Source of the DNA: Clostridia bacterium
Lineage (GTDB): Bacteria; Bacillota; Clostridia; HGM11514
DNA length: 54,317 nucleotides
Assembly (NCBI GenBank): GCA_045586685.1
Contig: JAZNAU010000027.1
Coordinates: 1 to 54,317, forward strand
Reading direction: 5' to 3'
The notes below the pieces were generated by a model. It saw only the letters and a program-made list of their open reading frames with translations, was not told the origin of the DNA and did no database searches. Each line of letters starts with the position of its first letter. The first letter of the stretch is position 1. Of the stretch, positions 39,935 through 49,770 are shown piece by piece. Made by a program: the position numbers and the translations under genes.

Positions 39935-40396
39935 ATGTTGCATAAACATTATATGAAATTGGCCATAGAACAGGCAAAATTAGCGGAAAGTACGGGAGAA
40001 GTTCCCATTGGAGCAGTGATTGTAAAAGGAGAAACCGTATTATCAACTGCCCACAATCTTTGCGAAACAAAGAAAGATCCTACTGCCCACGCGGAGCTTT
40101 TGGCAATTCAAAGGGCATGTGATATACTGGGAGATTGGCGCTTGGACGGATGTTCCTTATATGTGACCGCAGAGCCTTGTGCCATGTGTGCCGGTGCAAT
40201 TATCAATGCAAGAATCAGTCGAGTTTATTTTGGTGCTTTTGAACCGAACACCGGCGCTTGCGGTAGTACTGTTAATTTATTTTTGCAAACAAATGCCTAC
40301 AAAACAACGGATGTTTTTCCGTGCGTTTTGCAGGCAGAATGTGAAAATATATTAGTGGAATTTTTTAAAAAAAGACGATTACAACTGACTGAATAA
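39935..40396 (+). CDS. tadA: tRNA adenosine(34) deaminase
   Basis: GEVPIGAV, TAHAE, EPCAMCAGA. Confidence 0.92.
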   Translation: MLHKHYMKLAIEQAKLAESTGEVPIGAVIVKGETVLSTAHNLCETKKDPTAHAELLAIQRACDILGDWRLDGCSLYVTAEPCAMCAGAIINARISRVYFGAFEPNTGACGSTVNLFLQTNAYKTTDVFPCVLQAECENILVEFFKKRRLQLTE

Positions 40397-40909
40397 ATCG
40401 GTTAATTGGGTATAAAGTGTTGCATAGTCTTCTTTCCAGCGATTACAAATTTGCTTTGCAGTTTCTTTTCCCGTGACTGTAAATTTAATTTCGAAGGGAA
40501 CTGCATCTTTTGTTTCCTGCATGGTAAGATGAATCTGAAATTCTTCATTCAACAAGGGAATATACTCAGCAGTAATCAGTTGTTTCAATAATTCTTCTTT
40601 TTTATAAGCTGTCATTTTATGTTGAATTTTTTCTAAAACAGTAAAGGGAAGCCGGTTTTCAAAAAAAGCGATGGCTTGTTCTCCTGATTCGGTTAATTGA
40701 TAAGTATTGACGGTTGTTTCTTCAATTTGTTTTTCTTCAAGAAGAGCACTGATATAATGATGGGTTTCAAAAAAGTCAAGCAACGAATCGGAAAGAACAA
40801 TATCCGTAATTTCTGTTGCATTTAAAGGTCGATTGGCTTGTTTTAATAAATATAAAATCAGTAATTTAATGTCAACAGGGTCAAGTCGCATTCTTCTTGG
40901 TTCTGTCAT
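40379..40909 (-). CDS. DUF4364 family protein (wHTH N-terminus)
   Basis: KLLILY.L.....PL...I, Y.LT..G...F..., A..IC..W; AAGGAG SD and TGnTATAAT at 40945-40953 on the minus strand. Confidence 0.8.
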   Translation of the reverse strand: MTEPRRMRLDPVDIKLLILYLLKQANRPLNATEITDIVLSDSLLDFFETHHYISALLEEKQIEETTVNTYQLTESGEQAIAFFENRLPFTVLEKIQHKMTAYKKEELLKQLITAEYIPLLNEEFQIHLTMQETKDAVPFEIKFTVTGKETAKQICNRWKEDYATLYTQLTDLFSQL

Positions 40910-40980
40910 GATGTAAATTCTCCTTTGTCATAGTTACTGATACCATTATATCACAGTTAAAGGAAAAAGAAAAGAAAAAA

Positions 40981-41928
40981 ATGATTTATTATAAATATTC
41001 TGATTATTTAAAAAAGAAATACGGTGAAAAAGTATACAAGATTCCTATCAGCATTCCTTGTACTTGTCCCAATAGAGACGGCACTTTGGGAAGGGGAGGC
41101 TGTATTTTCTGCGGTGACATAGCAACCGGATTTGAATTGTTGCCAAATACCGTTCCTGTTGGGGAACAGTTAAGGGAAAATATGGAAAGAATAGGAAGAG
41201 GGTATGGCGCAAAAAAGTTTATTGCTTATTTTCAGAACTTTTCCAATACCTATCTACCTTTAGACACCTTGCATGAATATCTTGAACAGGCAATAGACGA
41301 TGCAGTAGTACAAATTGCACTGTCTACCAGACCTGATTGTATCAGCAGGGAATGTCTGAAAATGCTCAAAACCTTTAGCGAGGAAATGAAAATAGATATT
41401 GCAATCGAATTAGGCGTTCAAACGGTTAATTATAAAACCTTAAAAGAAATCAACAGAGGACATACGTTGGCTGAAGTGATTGATGCATTATCTCTCATCA
41501 GAGAATATGGGTTTGAATCAGGATGCCATGTGATTTTAAATCTTCCGCAGGATTCTATGGAGGATACGATTGAAACAGCAAAAATTCTGTCTGCGTTACG
41601 GGTGGATACCGTGAAATTACATTCTCTTTATATTTTGAAAGACTCTGATTTAGGAAGACGGTATTTAAACGGTGAAATTTCCTTGATTTCAAAGGAAGAA
41701 TATCAGGAACGAGTGATTACATTTTTGCAATATTTAAGCCCTGATATTGCCATTCAGCGATTGTTAGCTCGTGCACCGGAAGGAGATGCCCTCTTTTGCA
41801 ACTGGAATACAGGTTGGTGGAAAATAAAGGATGAAATTGATGCTATTATGAAAGAGAATAAACGATATCAAGGGGATTTCTTTGATTATCTGGGAGGAAA
41901 AGCAGTGAAATTTCATCAAAAATATTGA
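40981..41928 (+). CDS. TIGR01212 (YhcC/YtqA-like) radical SAM protein
   Basis: CPNRDG..G.GGCIFC (Cx11Cx2C variant), YFQ..SNTY, TRPDC, ELG.Q, NRGH. Confidence 0.9.
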   Translation: MIYYKYSDYLKKKYGEKVYKIPISIPCTCPNRDGTLGRGGCIFCGDIATGFELLPNTVPVGEQLRENMERIGRGYGAKKFIAYFQNFSNTYLPLDTLHEYLEQAIDDAVVQIALSTRPDCISRECLKMLKTFSEEMKIDIAIELGVQTVNYKTLKEINRGHTLAEVIDALSLIREYGFESGCHVILNLPQDSMEDTIETAKILSALRVDTVKLHSLYILKDSDLGRRYLNGEISLISKEEYQERVITFLQYLSPDIAIQRLLARAPEGDALFCNWNTGWWKIKDEIDAIMKENKRYQGDFFDYLGGKAVKFHQKY

Positions 41929-41953
41929 CAAACATTGAAAAATGAAATATGAT
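41925..41953 (+). promoter_or_regulatory. sigA promoter for rlmB operon
   Basis: TTGACA-N17-TATGAT. Confidence 0.75.
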
Positions 41954-41972
41954 AGTAAGAAAGGAAATGAAT

Positions 41973-42719
41973 ATGGAAGAGCAAAATCGATTAGACCGGA
42001 TTGAAGGCAGAAACCCTGTGGTTGAAGCCTTGCGAAAGGGCAGAAATATTGATAAACTGTTTATTCAAAAAGATATTACAGACGGTTCAATGGGAAAAAT
42101 CAGGGCAATGGCTCGAGAAAAGGGTGTTATCATTTCCGAGGTTGCCAAACAAAAGCTTGATTTTATGTCCCAAACCGGAGCACATCAAGGGGTAATCGCC
42201 TGTACTGCAGTTCATGAATATTATGAAATCGAAGATATTTTAAAGATTGCAGAGGATAAGGGAGAACCGCCCTTTTTGGTGATTGCTGATGAAATCAGCG
42301 ATCCCCATAATTTAGGGTCTATTTTAAGAACAGCAAATGCCGCCGGAGTCCATGGTGTTATTATTCCAAAGCATCGTTCGGTAGGCCTCAGTGCAGTGGT
42401 TGCCAAAAGCTCTGCCGGTGCCATTGAATATGTTCCTGTTGCCCGTGTGACAAACCTTGCAAGAACAGTAGAGGATTTAAAAAAACAGGGCATCTGGGTT
42501 GCCGGAGCGGCAATGGAAGGAACACAAACCTATTATGAGGCTGACTATACAGGTGCATTGGCGATTGTTGTAGGAAGCGAAGGGTTTGGAATTTCCCGTT
42601 TATTAAAAGAAAAGTGTGATTTTTTGGTTTCTATTCCTATGAAGGGTGAAATCAATTCATTAAATGCTTCTGTTGCGGCAGGTATTTTGTTAATGGAAGC
42701 ATCCAGACAAAGAGGATAA
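41973..42719 (+). CDS. rlmB: 23S rRNA Gm2251 methyltransferase (SPOUT)
   Basis: GRNPV.EAL, HQGV, DPHNLG.I.R, G.EG.G, IPM.G...SLNASVA. Start ATG 41973 after AAGGA. Confidence 0.93.
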   Translation: MEEQNRLDRIEGRNPVVEALRKGRNIDKLFIQKDITDGSMGKIRAMAREKGVIISEVAKQKLDFMSQTGAHQGVIACTAVHEYYEIEDILKIAEDKGEPPFLVIADEISDPHNLGSILRTANAAGVHGVIIPKHRSVGLSAVVAKSSAGAIEYVPVARVTNLARTVEDLKKQGIWVAGAAMEGTQTYYEADYTGALAIVVGSEGFGISRLLKEKCDFLVSIPMKGEINSLNASVAAGILLMEASRQRG

Positions 42720-42730
42720 GGAGAAAACAG

Positions 42731-43000
42731 ATGAGAGCGGTTATTACAGTTGTAGGAAAAGATAAAAAGGGAATTATTGCAAAAGTATCAGGGTTACTGT
42801 TTGAGACAGATGTCAATATTCTTGATATTTCTCAAACCATTATGCAAGATATGTTTACCATGGTGATGTTGGTTGATATTTCAAGTGCGGCTGTTTCTTT
42901 TGAGAAGTTGGTCGACTCTTTAAACCGGATTGCTGACGAAATTGGTGTAAAGATTCAGATTCAGCATGAAGACATTTTTAATTCCATGCATAAAATTTAG
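42731..43000 (+). CDS. ACT domain protein (UPF0237)
   Basis: [30 protein letters not shown]. Confidence 0.92.
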   Translation: MRAVITVVGKDKKGIIAKVSGLLFETDVNILDISQTIMQDMFTMVMLVDISSAAVSFEKLVDSLNRIADEIGVKIQIQHEDIFNSMHKI

Positions 43001-43011
43001 GAGGAACCATT

Positions 43012-44370
43012 ATGCTAAGTTCATTTGAAATCATGGAAACCATCAAGATGATTCAGGAAGAACATCTTGATATCCGTACTATTACAATGGGAATCTCTCT
43101 TTTGGATTGTTGTTCCTCTGATGCTGACGAAGCCTGCAGGAAAATCTACGACAAGATTACTACAAAGGCAAAAAATCTTGTTCAAACGGGTGAGAATATT
43201 GAAAAAGAGTACGGAATTCCCATTATCAATAAAAGAATTTCGGTCACTCCCATCAGCTTGGTTGCAGGATGCTGTGGGGAAGAAAATTATTTAAAATATG
43301 CAAAAACTTTGGAAAAAGCTGCACTCGAAACAGGTGTTAATTTTATTGGCGGTTTTTCTGCACTGGTACATAAAGGGTATACATTAGGTGACCGCCGTTT
43401 GATTGAAACCATTCCTTATGCTTTAGCCGAAACGGAGCACGTGTGTTCCTCTGTAAATGTAGGAACAACAAAAGCAGGCATCAATATGGATGCTGTAAAG
43501 CAAATGGGGGAAATTATTAAAAAAACTGCAGATCTCACGAAAGATCGTGATAGCTTAGGCTGTGCAAAATTGGTTGTATTTGCAAATGTGCCGGAGGATA
43601 ATCCCTTTATGGCGGGAGCGTTTCACGGTGTAGGCGAACCGGAAACAGTCATCAACGTAGGCGTTAGCGGCCCCGGAGTTGTAAAATGTGCCTTGGAACG
43701 GGTGAAGGGGGCAGATTTCGGAACGGTTGCTGAAACTATAAAGAAAACCGCATTTAAAATCACCAGAATGGGACAGCTTGTTGCTCAGGAAGCATCCAAA
43801 CGCTTGGATATGCCTTTTGGTATTGTGGATTTATCGTTAGCTCCTACTCCTGCAATCGGGGATAGTGTGGCTTATATTTTAGAAGAAATGGGTTTGGAAA
43901 CTTGCGGTACTCACGGGACAACAGCAGCTTTGGCTTTGCTAAATGATGCAGTGAAAAAAGGCGGTGTTATGGCATCTTCTTATGTAGGGGGATTAAGCGG
44001 TGCGTTTATTCCAGTCAGTGAGGATGCAGGAATGATTCATGCAGCTAAAATCGGCAGTTTGACCATTGATAAATTGGAAGCAATGACTTGCGTTTGTTCG
44101 GTAGGATTGGATATGATTGCAGTTCCGGGAACCACACCGGCATCTACCATTTCTGCTATTATTGCAGATGAAGCAGCAATCGGAATGGTAAATACGAAAA
44201 CAACTGCTGTTCGTATTATTCCGGTTTGCGGAAAAGACGTTGGAGATACTGTTGAATTTGGTGGCTTACTTGGTTCAGCACCCGTTATGCCGGTGCACAA
44301 TGATTCCAGCGAAATTTTTATTAACCGAGGAGGCAGAATTCCGGCACCGATTCAAAGTTTGAAAAATTAA
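43012..44370 (+). CDS. DUF711/UPF0210 (PFL-like) protein
   Basis: [47 protein letters not shown]; canonical partner of UPF0237. Confidence 0.93.
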   Translation: MLSSFEIMETIKMIQEEHLDIRTITMGISLLDCCSSDADEACRKIYDKITTKAKNLVQTGENIEKEYGIPIINKRISVTPISLVAGCCGEENYLKYAKTLEKAALETGVNFIGGFSALVHKGYTLGDRRLIETIPYALAETEHVCSSVNVGTTKAGINMDAVKQMGEIIKKTADLTKDRDSLGCAKLVVFANVPEDNPFMAGAFHGVGEPETVINVGVSGPGVVKCALERVKGADFGTVAETIKKTAFKITRMGQLVAQEASKRLDMPFGIVDLSLAPTPAIGDSVAYILEEMGLETCGTHGTTAALALLNDAVKKGGVMASSYVGGLSGAFIPVSEDAGMIHAAKIGSLTIDKLEAMTCVCSVGLDMIAVPGTTPASTISAIIADEAAIGMVNTKTTAVRIIPVCGKDVGDTVEFGGLLGSAPVMPVHNDSSEIFINRGGRIPAPIQSLKN

Positions 44371-44388
44371 AAAAAGGAGTTTGTCGCT

Positions 44389-44652
44389 ATGAAAGTCAAA
44401 CAAGATTTTATGATAAAAAAAATTCTGGATGATTATATTGTTGTTCCTACAGGAGAAGAACTGGTTAATTTTGATGCAATGATTACGTTGAATGAAACGG
44501 GTGCATTTCTTTGGGAACAGTTACAAGAAGACAAAACTGAAGAAGAACTTATAAAAGCATTATGTGCAGAATATGATGTAAGCCAGGATGTTGCAAAGGC
44601 TGATGTTTCAGAGTTTATCGGATTATTGCAACAGGCAAAGGTGTTGGCATGA
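44389..44652 (+). CDS. PqqD-family RiPP recognition element (standalone)
   Basis: 87 aa; beta-strands then LNETGAFLW..L, L..EYDV....A..DV..F...L. Confidence 0.88.
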   Translation: MKVKQDFMIKKILDDYIVVPTGEELVNFDAMITLNETGAFLWEQLQEDKTEEELIKALCAEYDVSQDVAKADVSEFIGLLQQAKVLA

Positions 44653-45122
44653 GCGAAACGAATCGTGAAGTAGGTCTTGATCAGATAGGAACTGTCATTG
44701 AAGACGGGCTAAGAAACGGACAACAGGTTCGGATGACTGTGGTAGGAAACAGTATGTTTCCTTTGTTTCGAAGTAAATTGGACAGTGTTGTATTGTCGCC
44801 CATTACAAATGGCGTGAAAAAAAGAGATGTTGTCCTATATAAGCGTTCAAACGGTCAATATGTATTGCATCGAATCATTCGACATAAAGGGGACGTTTAT
44901 TCTGCAAACGGAGATAATCAGTATTGGATTGAATCTCCGTTAATTGAAACCCAATTTTTAGGAAAAATGATTGGGTTTTATAGAAAAAATCAATATTATA
45001 CTACGAAAACATTATGGTATCAATTTTATTCCTTTATCTGGGTTTTTTTTCGGCCTTTTCGCGGATTGTTGATTAAAATCTTAATTTGTTGTGCAAAGAT
45101 TTATCGTACACGGGAGAAATAA
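44649..45122 (+). CDS. S24/S26-family peptidase (Ser-His, no N-terminal TM)
   Basis: GNSMFP, DVVLY, VLHRI, GDN motifs; amphipathic C-terminus. Confidence 0.82.
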   Translation: MSETNREVGLDQIGTVIEDGLRNGQQVRMTVVGNSMFPLFRSKLDSVVLSPITNGVKKRDVVLYKRSNGQYVLHRIIRHKGDVYSANGDNQYWIESPLIETQFLGKMIGFYRKNQYYTTKTLWYQFYSFIWVFFRPFRGLLIKILICCAKIYRTREK

Positions 45123-45123
45123 A

Positions 45124-46782
45124 GTGAAAAAAAATAAAACGTTACAATGGTTATATCAAAGAGGTAAATGCGTTTTGTTTCCCTTATTCTTATTTGTGGG
45201 AGGCAATGCGCTTCTTTCCTTAGTTTCCGTTTGGTTTGCTCTTGTGTCTAAAAATGTAATTGATACTGCAACAGGGCAAAGGGAAGGAACGTTACAGTCA
45301 AGTTTTATTATTTTAATTATCTTTTTGGCAGTACAGCTTTTATTGCAAATATTTTTAAGTATTATGGATGTTAATATAACCGGAAAGCTGGAAATCAAAA
45401 TAAAAAATCGTTTATTTCATAACTTATTAAGTAAACAGTATCAGAAGACTGAGTGTTTTCATACAGGTGAACTGATGAATCGGCTGAACAGTGATGTAAG
45501 AGTCATTGTAAACGGAATTATTACCATTGTTCCTGTTTTTGTTTCGATGCTTGTGAAAATTTGCTCCAGCTTTACAGTTCTTTATATGTTAGCGCCCACG
45601 TTAGCTATTTGTATTCTTTCGTTGGGGCCCATTGTCTTTATTTTTGGCAGGGTTTATAGTAAAAAAATGAAACAAATGCACAAGGATTGTCAGCAAAGTG
45701 ACGGTATCACCCGATCCTATATGCAGGAAATTCTTCAGAATGTATTAGCAGTGAAAGCATTTGGAACAGAAGAGGCTTCCTCAAATCAAGCAAAGAAATA
45801 TCAATTAAACACTTTTTATTTAAAACGGAAAAGAACGTATTTTTCATTGCTTGCAAATGTATGCTTATTTTTGGTTTTTACTGCCGGATATTATGTTACA
45901 TTAGGTTGGGGAGCATATCGCTTATCTATGGGACTGCTTACCTACGGAACATTAACAGCTATGCTTCAGCTTGTAGGGCAATTACAGGCACCGTTTAAAA
46001 ATCTTTCCTCGTTATTATCCAATGCATTTGCAACATTGGCGTCAGCCGAAAGAATTATGGAGCTGGAAGAAATGGACGAGGAAAAATTACTTCCTTGTGC
46101 CATTCACCCCTCTGAATTTGAGGAGCTTTCTATTGAAAATATGTCATTTTCCTATCCTAATGTTCCCGTATATCAGAATGCATCCTTAACGTTAAAAAAA
46201 GGCGAATTTTTGGCGATTGCGGGGCAATCGGGTATTGGAAAAAGTACTCTTTTAAAATTGTTATTGGCGATTTTGGAACCTAACCAAGGAAAACTTTATG
46301 TATGTGGTAAAAATCAGAAAGCAGAAATCAGTAAAAATACCAGACCATTTTTCTCTTATGTACCTCAGGGGAATATGATTTTATCCGGTTCCATTCGTGA
46401 AAATATTCGTTTTTATCAGGAGAATGTATCTGATGTGGAAATAGAACAATGTGCTGAAATCGCACAGATGATGCCGTATCTTTCGGGATTGCCGGATGGT
46501 TTGGATACTGTTTTAAAGGAAGGCGGGGAAGGGCTTTCAGAGGGGCAGATTCAAAGAATTGCCATAGCGAGAGCTCTGTTAAACGATGCCCCTGTGTTAC
46601 TCCTTGATGAAGCAACCTCTGCATTGGATGAAAAAACTGAAGCTGCCGTACTGCAAGCAATCAGAACATTAACTGATAAAACATGTATTATTGTATCACA
46701 TAAAAACGCAGCCCTTGACATTTGCGATAAAATCATATCTGTAAAAAACGAAACCTTAACAGTGAAAGAGGAAATGAAATGA
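45124..46782 (+). CDS. fused TMD-NBD ABC exporter
   Basis: Six-TM domain (HTGELMNRL..D), GQSGIGKST, LSEGQIQR, LLDEATSALD, SH. Start GTG 45124. Confidence 0.9.
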   Translation: MKKNKTLQWLYQRGKCVLFPLFLFVGGNALLSLVSVWFALVSKNVIDTATGQREGTLQSSFIILIIFLAVQLLLQIFLSIMDVNITGKLEIKIKNRLFHNLLSKQYQKTECFHTGELMNRLNSDVRVIVNGIITIVPVFVSMLVKICSSFTVLYMLAPTLAICILSLGPIVFIFGRVYSKKMKQMHKDCQQSDGITRSYMQEILQNVLAVKAFGTEEASSNQAKKYQLNTFYLKRKRTYFSLLANVCLFLVFTAGYYVTLGWGAYRLSMGLLTYGTLTAMLQLVGQLQAPFKNLSSLLSNAFATLASAERIMELEEMDEEKLLPCAIHPSEFEELSIENMSFSYPNVPVYQNASLTLKKGEFLAIAGQSGIGKSTLLKLLLAILEPNQGKLYVCGKNQKAEISKNTRPFFSYVPQGNMILSGSIRENIRFYQENVSDVEIEQCAEIAQMMPYLSGLPDGLDTVLKEGGEGLSEGQIQRIAIARALLNDAPVLLLDEATSALDEKTEAAVLQAIRTLTDKTCIIVSHKNAALDICDKIISVKNETLTVKEEMK

Positions 46783-47630
46783 TTTATTTGAAGATTGCAG
46801 GACTAACGATTGCCGCAGATGGCTTTGATACTTTGCTATTTCAGGAAAGAACAAAAGAATATCAATGTAACATCACAGAGGCAGATATGACAATTCACTG
46901 CAAGTTTAACGATCACATTTTATTTCCTAGGGGGACAGAAGTTGCCTCGTACGGAGAACGGCATTGGGTGAAGGACGAAGACACCTATAGCTTTTATGAC
47001 AGTATTTTTATTGACGGGAAAGAAATTGTGATAGCGTCGGTAACTGCTAACAAGGACTGGTCTCATGTAGAATCTGAACTGATGAATGTGGAACAATGGG
47101 GAGGCCCCGAATCTGATTTGAGAAATTTTAATTTGCTGGGCGAAGTGTTTCGTTGGTTTATTTTATTTCATCAGGGGATTATTTTACATTCCTCTTGTTT
47201 GAAATGCAAAGGGAAGGGGATTGCCTTTTCAGCACCCTCCGGAACCGGAAAATCAACACATACCGAATTGTGGAGAAAGTATTATTCTGTGGAAATGATC
47301 AATGATGACAGCCCAGCAGTACGGTTAATAAATGGAAAAATGACAGTTTTTGGTACACCTTGGAGCGGAAAAACAGATATCAATCACAATATCAGTGCTC
47401 CTCTTGCTTGTATTGTATTTTTAGAACAAGCCAATGAGAATCAACTCATAAAACTTTCTTCAAGTCAGGTGAGTCAAAAATTACTTCGTGAATTGATTAG
47501 ACCGGTGTATCCGGAGCTTCTTTTAAAAACATTAGATTTTATGGAAAAAATGATAACTTATGTTCCTGCATATTTACTGAAGTGTACCATTTCAGAAGAG
47601 GCAGCAATACTTACTTATTCTTTACTTTGA
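46779..47630 (+). CDS. HprK-related P-loop kinase (lasso-kinase/ScmC-like)
   Basis: LHSS, F.APSGTGKSTH, INDD, GTPWSGK, L.QA..N; lacks the HprK N-terminal domain and EIRG.GI motif. Confidence 0.75.
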   Translation: MIYLKIAGLTIAADGFDTLLFQERTKEYQCNITEADMTIHCKFNDHILFPRGTEVASYGERHWVKDEDTYSFYDSIFIDGKEIVIASVTANKDWSHVESELMNVEQWGGPESDLRNFNLLGEVFRWFILFHQGIILHSSCLKCKGKGIAFSAPSGTGKSTHTELWRKYYSVEMINDDSPAVRLINGKMTVFGTPWSGKTDINHNISAPLACIVFLEQANENQLIKLSSSQVSQKLLRELIRPVYPELLLKTLDFMEKMITYVPAYLLKCTISEEAAILTYSLL

Positions 47631-47641
47631 GGTGACATAAA

Positions 47642-48901
47642 ATGATGACAGAAGAACAAGTGCTTGATTGGATTCATTCTACCGAATTGTTTGGTTCTGT
47701 GTTAGGATTAAGCTCCATTCGGGAATTATTAAAAAGACTTGGGAATCCACAAAATCGGATGAAAATAATTCATGTTGCAGGAACAAACGGGAAGGGCTCT
47801 GTTTGTTCAATGCTTGCATCTATTTTATCTGAATCAGGATATAAAACCGGACTTTATACCTCTCCGTACATTGAGCAATTTCGAGAACGGATTCGTATTG
47901 ACGGTGAAATGATTTCGGCTGACTGCTTAGCCAAATGCGGAGAACAAGTGAAAAATGCCTGCGAACAAATGACAAAAGAAGGATTATCTCATCCTACAGA
48001 ATTTGAGTTAGTAACTGCATTGGGATTTTTATATTATGCTGAGCAACAATGTGATTTTGTTGTATTGGAGGTTGGTTTAGGAGGCAGGTTAGATGCAACC
48101 AATGTCATTGATGCCCCTTTGCTTTCCGTCATTACTTCCATTGACTTTGATCATGTTGCAAGATTAGGAAATACATTAAAAGAAATTGCTTTTGAAAAAT
48201 GCGGAATCATCAAGAAGGGGACAGTGGTTGTCTCCACTCCCAATCAGCCCGAAGAAGTGCTTCAAGTCATTAAAGCACGTTCGGATGAAGAGTCTGCTTC
48301 CTTGTGCATTGCCAAACAGCCTGATAACATCCATGCCACAATGAAAGATACAACATTTGATTATAATGGCATCTCCTATTCTTTGCCCTTGCTCGGACAG
48401 TATCAGGCACAAAACGGTGCCACCGTATTAGAAGCAGTAAAACAGTTACAACATTTAGGAATTACGATTTCTGCTTCGGCTTTGAAGAACGGGTTGGCTA
48501 AAGTGAAGCACATTGCAAGGATGGAATTGATTCGTCCTAATCTTTTGATTGACGGCGGTCATAATTTGTCGGGAATTAAGGCACTTACTTCCTTTATTCG
48601 ACAAACGAAAAAGAAAGGTCGAATATATGTTGTTGCTGGAATGTTAAATGACAAAGATTATATCGAATGTGCAAAATTACTTAGAGAGCTTGCGGATATA
48701 CTGATTGCAACAGAGACAGACAACCCAAGAAAACTTGGGGCAAAGGAGTTTGCAGAGTGCTGTCAGGCAGATTTATGTGAACCTGATTTAGTAAAAGCTG
48801 TTCAAACAGCTTTGGATCAGGCAACAGATAAGGACCTAGTGATTGCCTGCGGTTCCTTTACCTTGGTAGGTCCTGTACGGTCGAATTTTCTTATAAAATA
48901 G
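47642..48901 (+). CDS. folC: folylpolyglutamate/dihydrofolate synthase
   Basis: HVAGTNGKGS, YTSP, EVGLGGRLDATN, EK.GIIK, DGGHN. Confidence 0.95.
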   Translation: MMTEEQVLDWIHSTELFGSVLGLSSIRELLKRLGNPQNRMKIIHVAGTNGKGSVCSMLASILSESGYKTGLYTSPYIEQFRERIRIDGEMISADCLAKCGEQVKNACEQMTKEGLSHPTEFELVTALGFLYYAEQQCDFVVLEVGLGGRLDATNVIDAPLLSVITSIDFDHVARLGNTLKEIAFEKCGIIKKGTVVVSTPNQPEEVLQVIKARSDEESASLCIAKQPDNIHATMKDTTFDYNGISYSLPLLGQYQAQNGATVLEAVKQLQHLGITISASALKNGLAKVKHIARMELIRPNLLIDGGHNLSGIKALTSFIRQTKKKGRIYVVAGMLNDKDYIECAKLLRELADILIATETDNPRKLGAKEFAECCQADLCEPDLVKAVQTALDQATDKDLVIACGSFTLVGPVRSNFLIK

Positions 48902-48917
48902 AATACGGTTCCTCTTT

Positions 48918-48951
48918 TTCGTCAAAGGAAACATCAATATCCTTGTTGAAT
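48918..48951 (+). promoter_or_regulatory. sigH promoter of spoIIA with adjacent Spo0A box
   Basis: AAAGGAAAC-N12-GTTGAAT; TTCGTCA (reverse complement TGACGAA) at 48918-48924; near-match GGTCGAA at 48879. Confidence 0.8.
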
Positions 48952-48979
48952 ACCCTTAACGAAAAGGAGGACTTTTTTT

Positions 48980-49327
48980 ATGACAACAGAATTAAAAAAT
49001 AAAACTCTGATTGCTCATATCGACGGAGAACTAGACCATTATTCCGCCTCTGTAATCAGAAAAAAATTAGATAGGGAAATTGACGGACGGTCAGTAAAAC
49101 ATCTTATTTTTGATTTTTCAGATTTATCATTTATGGATAGCTCGGGACTTGGAGTCATTATCGGTCGATATAAAAAAATCAAAGAAAAAAACGGAATGGT
49201 TCTTTTGGTTTGTAACAAAGCGCATGTGGACAAGCTGTTAGCTGTATCAGGACTAAAAAAATTACTTGGAACAACCAGAACTGTAGACAATGCCATGAAA
49301 ACGATAAAAGAGAGGTATGAAATATGA
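48980..49327 (+). CDS. spoIIAA: anti-anti-sigma F factor
   Basis: GELDHY.A, SFMDSSGLGVIIGRYK. Confidence 0.95.
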   Translation: MTTELKNKTLIAHIDGELDHYSASVIRKKLDREIDGRSVKHLIFDFSDLSFMDSSGLGVIIGRYKKIKEKNGMVLLVCNKAHVDKLLAVSGLKKLLGTTRTVDNAMKTIKERYEI

Positions 49328-49770
49328 AAGCAGATAATTATATGGTGACGGTACTAAAAAGCATACCGTCCAATGAATCTCTGTCACGGGTTTTAGTGGC
49401 TTCATTTGCATCCCAAGAGGACCCTACGTTAGAAGAAATTGCAGATATTAAAACTGCTGTGAGCGAGGCGGTTACTAACTCTATCATACACGGTTATGAC
49501 GGAAAAGACGGCGAAATTAAAATTTCCTGCAGAATGCACGGAAAAATATTGATGGTAGAAATTGAGGATTATGGTTGCGGAATCGAAGATATTGAGCAGG
49601 CAAGACAGCCCCTATATACAACCAATACTGATGGCGAACGAACAGGAATGGGTTTTACTGTAATGGAGCTGTTTATGGATAAGGTAGAAGTGCATTCAAC
49701 ACCAGATAAAGGAACGAAGGTATTGATGATTAAACGTCTTACAGGGAACACAGAGGACAAGACTGAATGA
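49324..49770 (+). CDS. spoIIAB: anti-sigma F factor / kinase
   Basis: NE...R, DIKTAVSEAVTNSIIHGY, D.G.GI, ER.GMGF.VME.FMD. Confidence 0.96.
   Translation: MKADNYMVTVLKSIPSNESLSRVLVASFASQEDPTLEEIADIKTAVSEAVTNSIIHGYDGKDGEIKISCRMHGKILMVEIEDYGCGIEDIEQARQPLYTTNTDGERTGMGFTVMELFMDKVEVHSTPDKGTKVLMIKRLTGNTEDKTE

Noticed and set aside
40981-41928. Radical SAM as maturase for the PqqD cassette
   Set aside because: It is a TIGR01212-type housekeeping family member with no SPASM or RRE domain, and it is separated from the cassette by a promoter and three unrelated genes.
44389-47630. Calling the cassette a lasso peptide or PQQ cluster
   Set aside because: No asparagine-synthetase-like cyclase, B2 protease, precursor or pqqB/C/E in the window.
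46779-47630. Bona fide HPr kinase (hprK)
   Set aside because: It lacks the HprK N-terminal domain and EIRG.GI signature; its context is RRE-linked.
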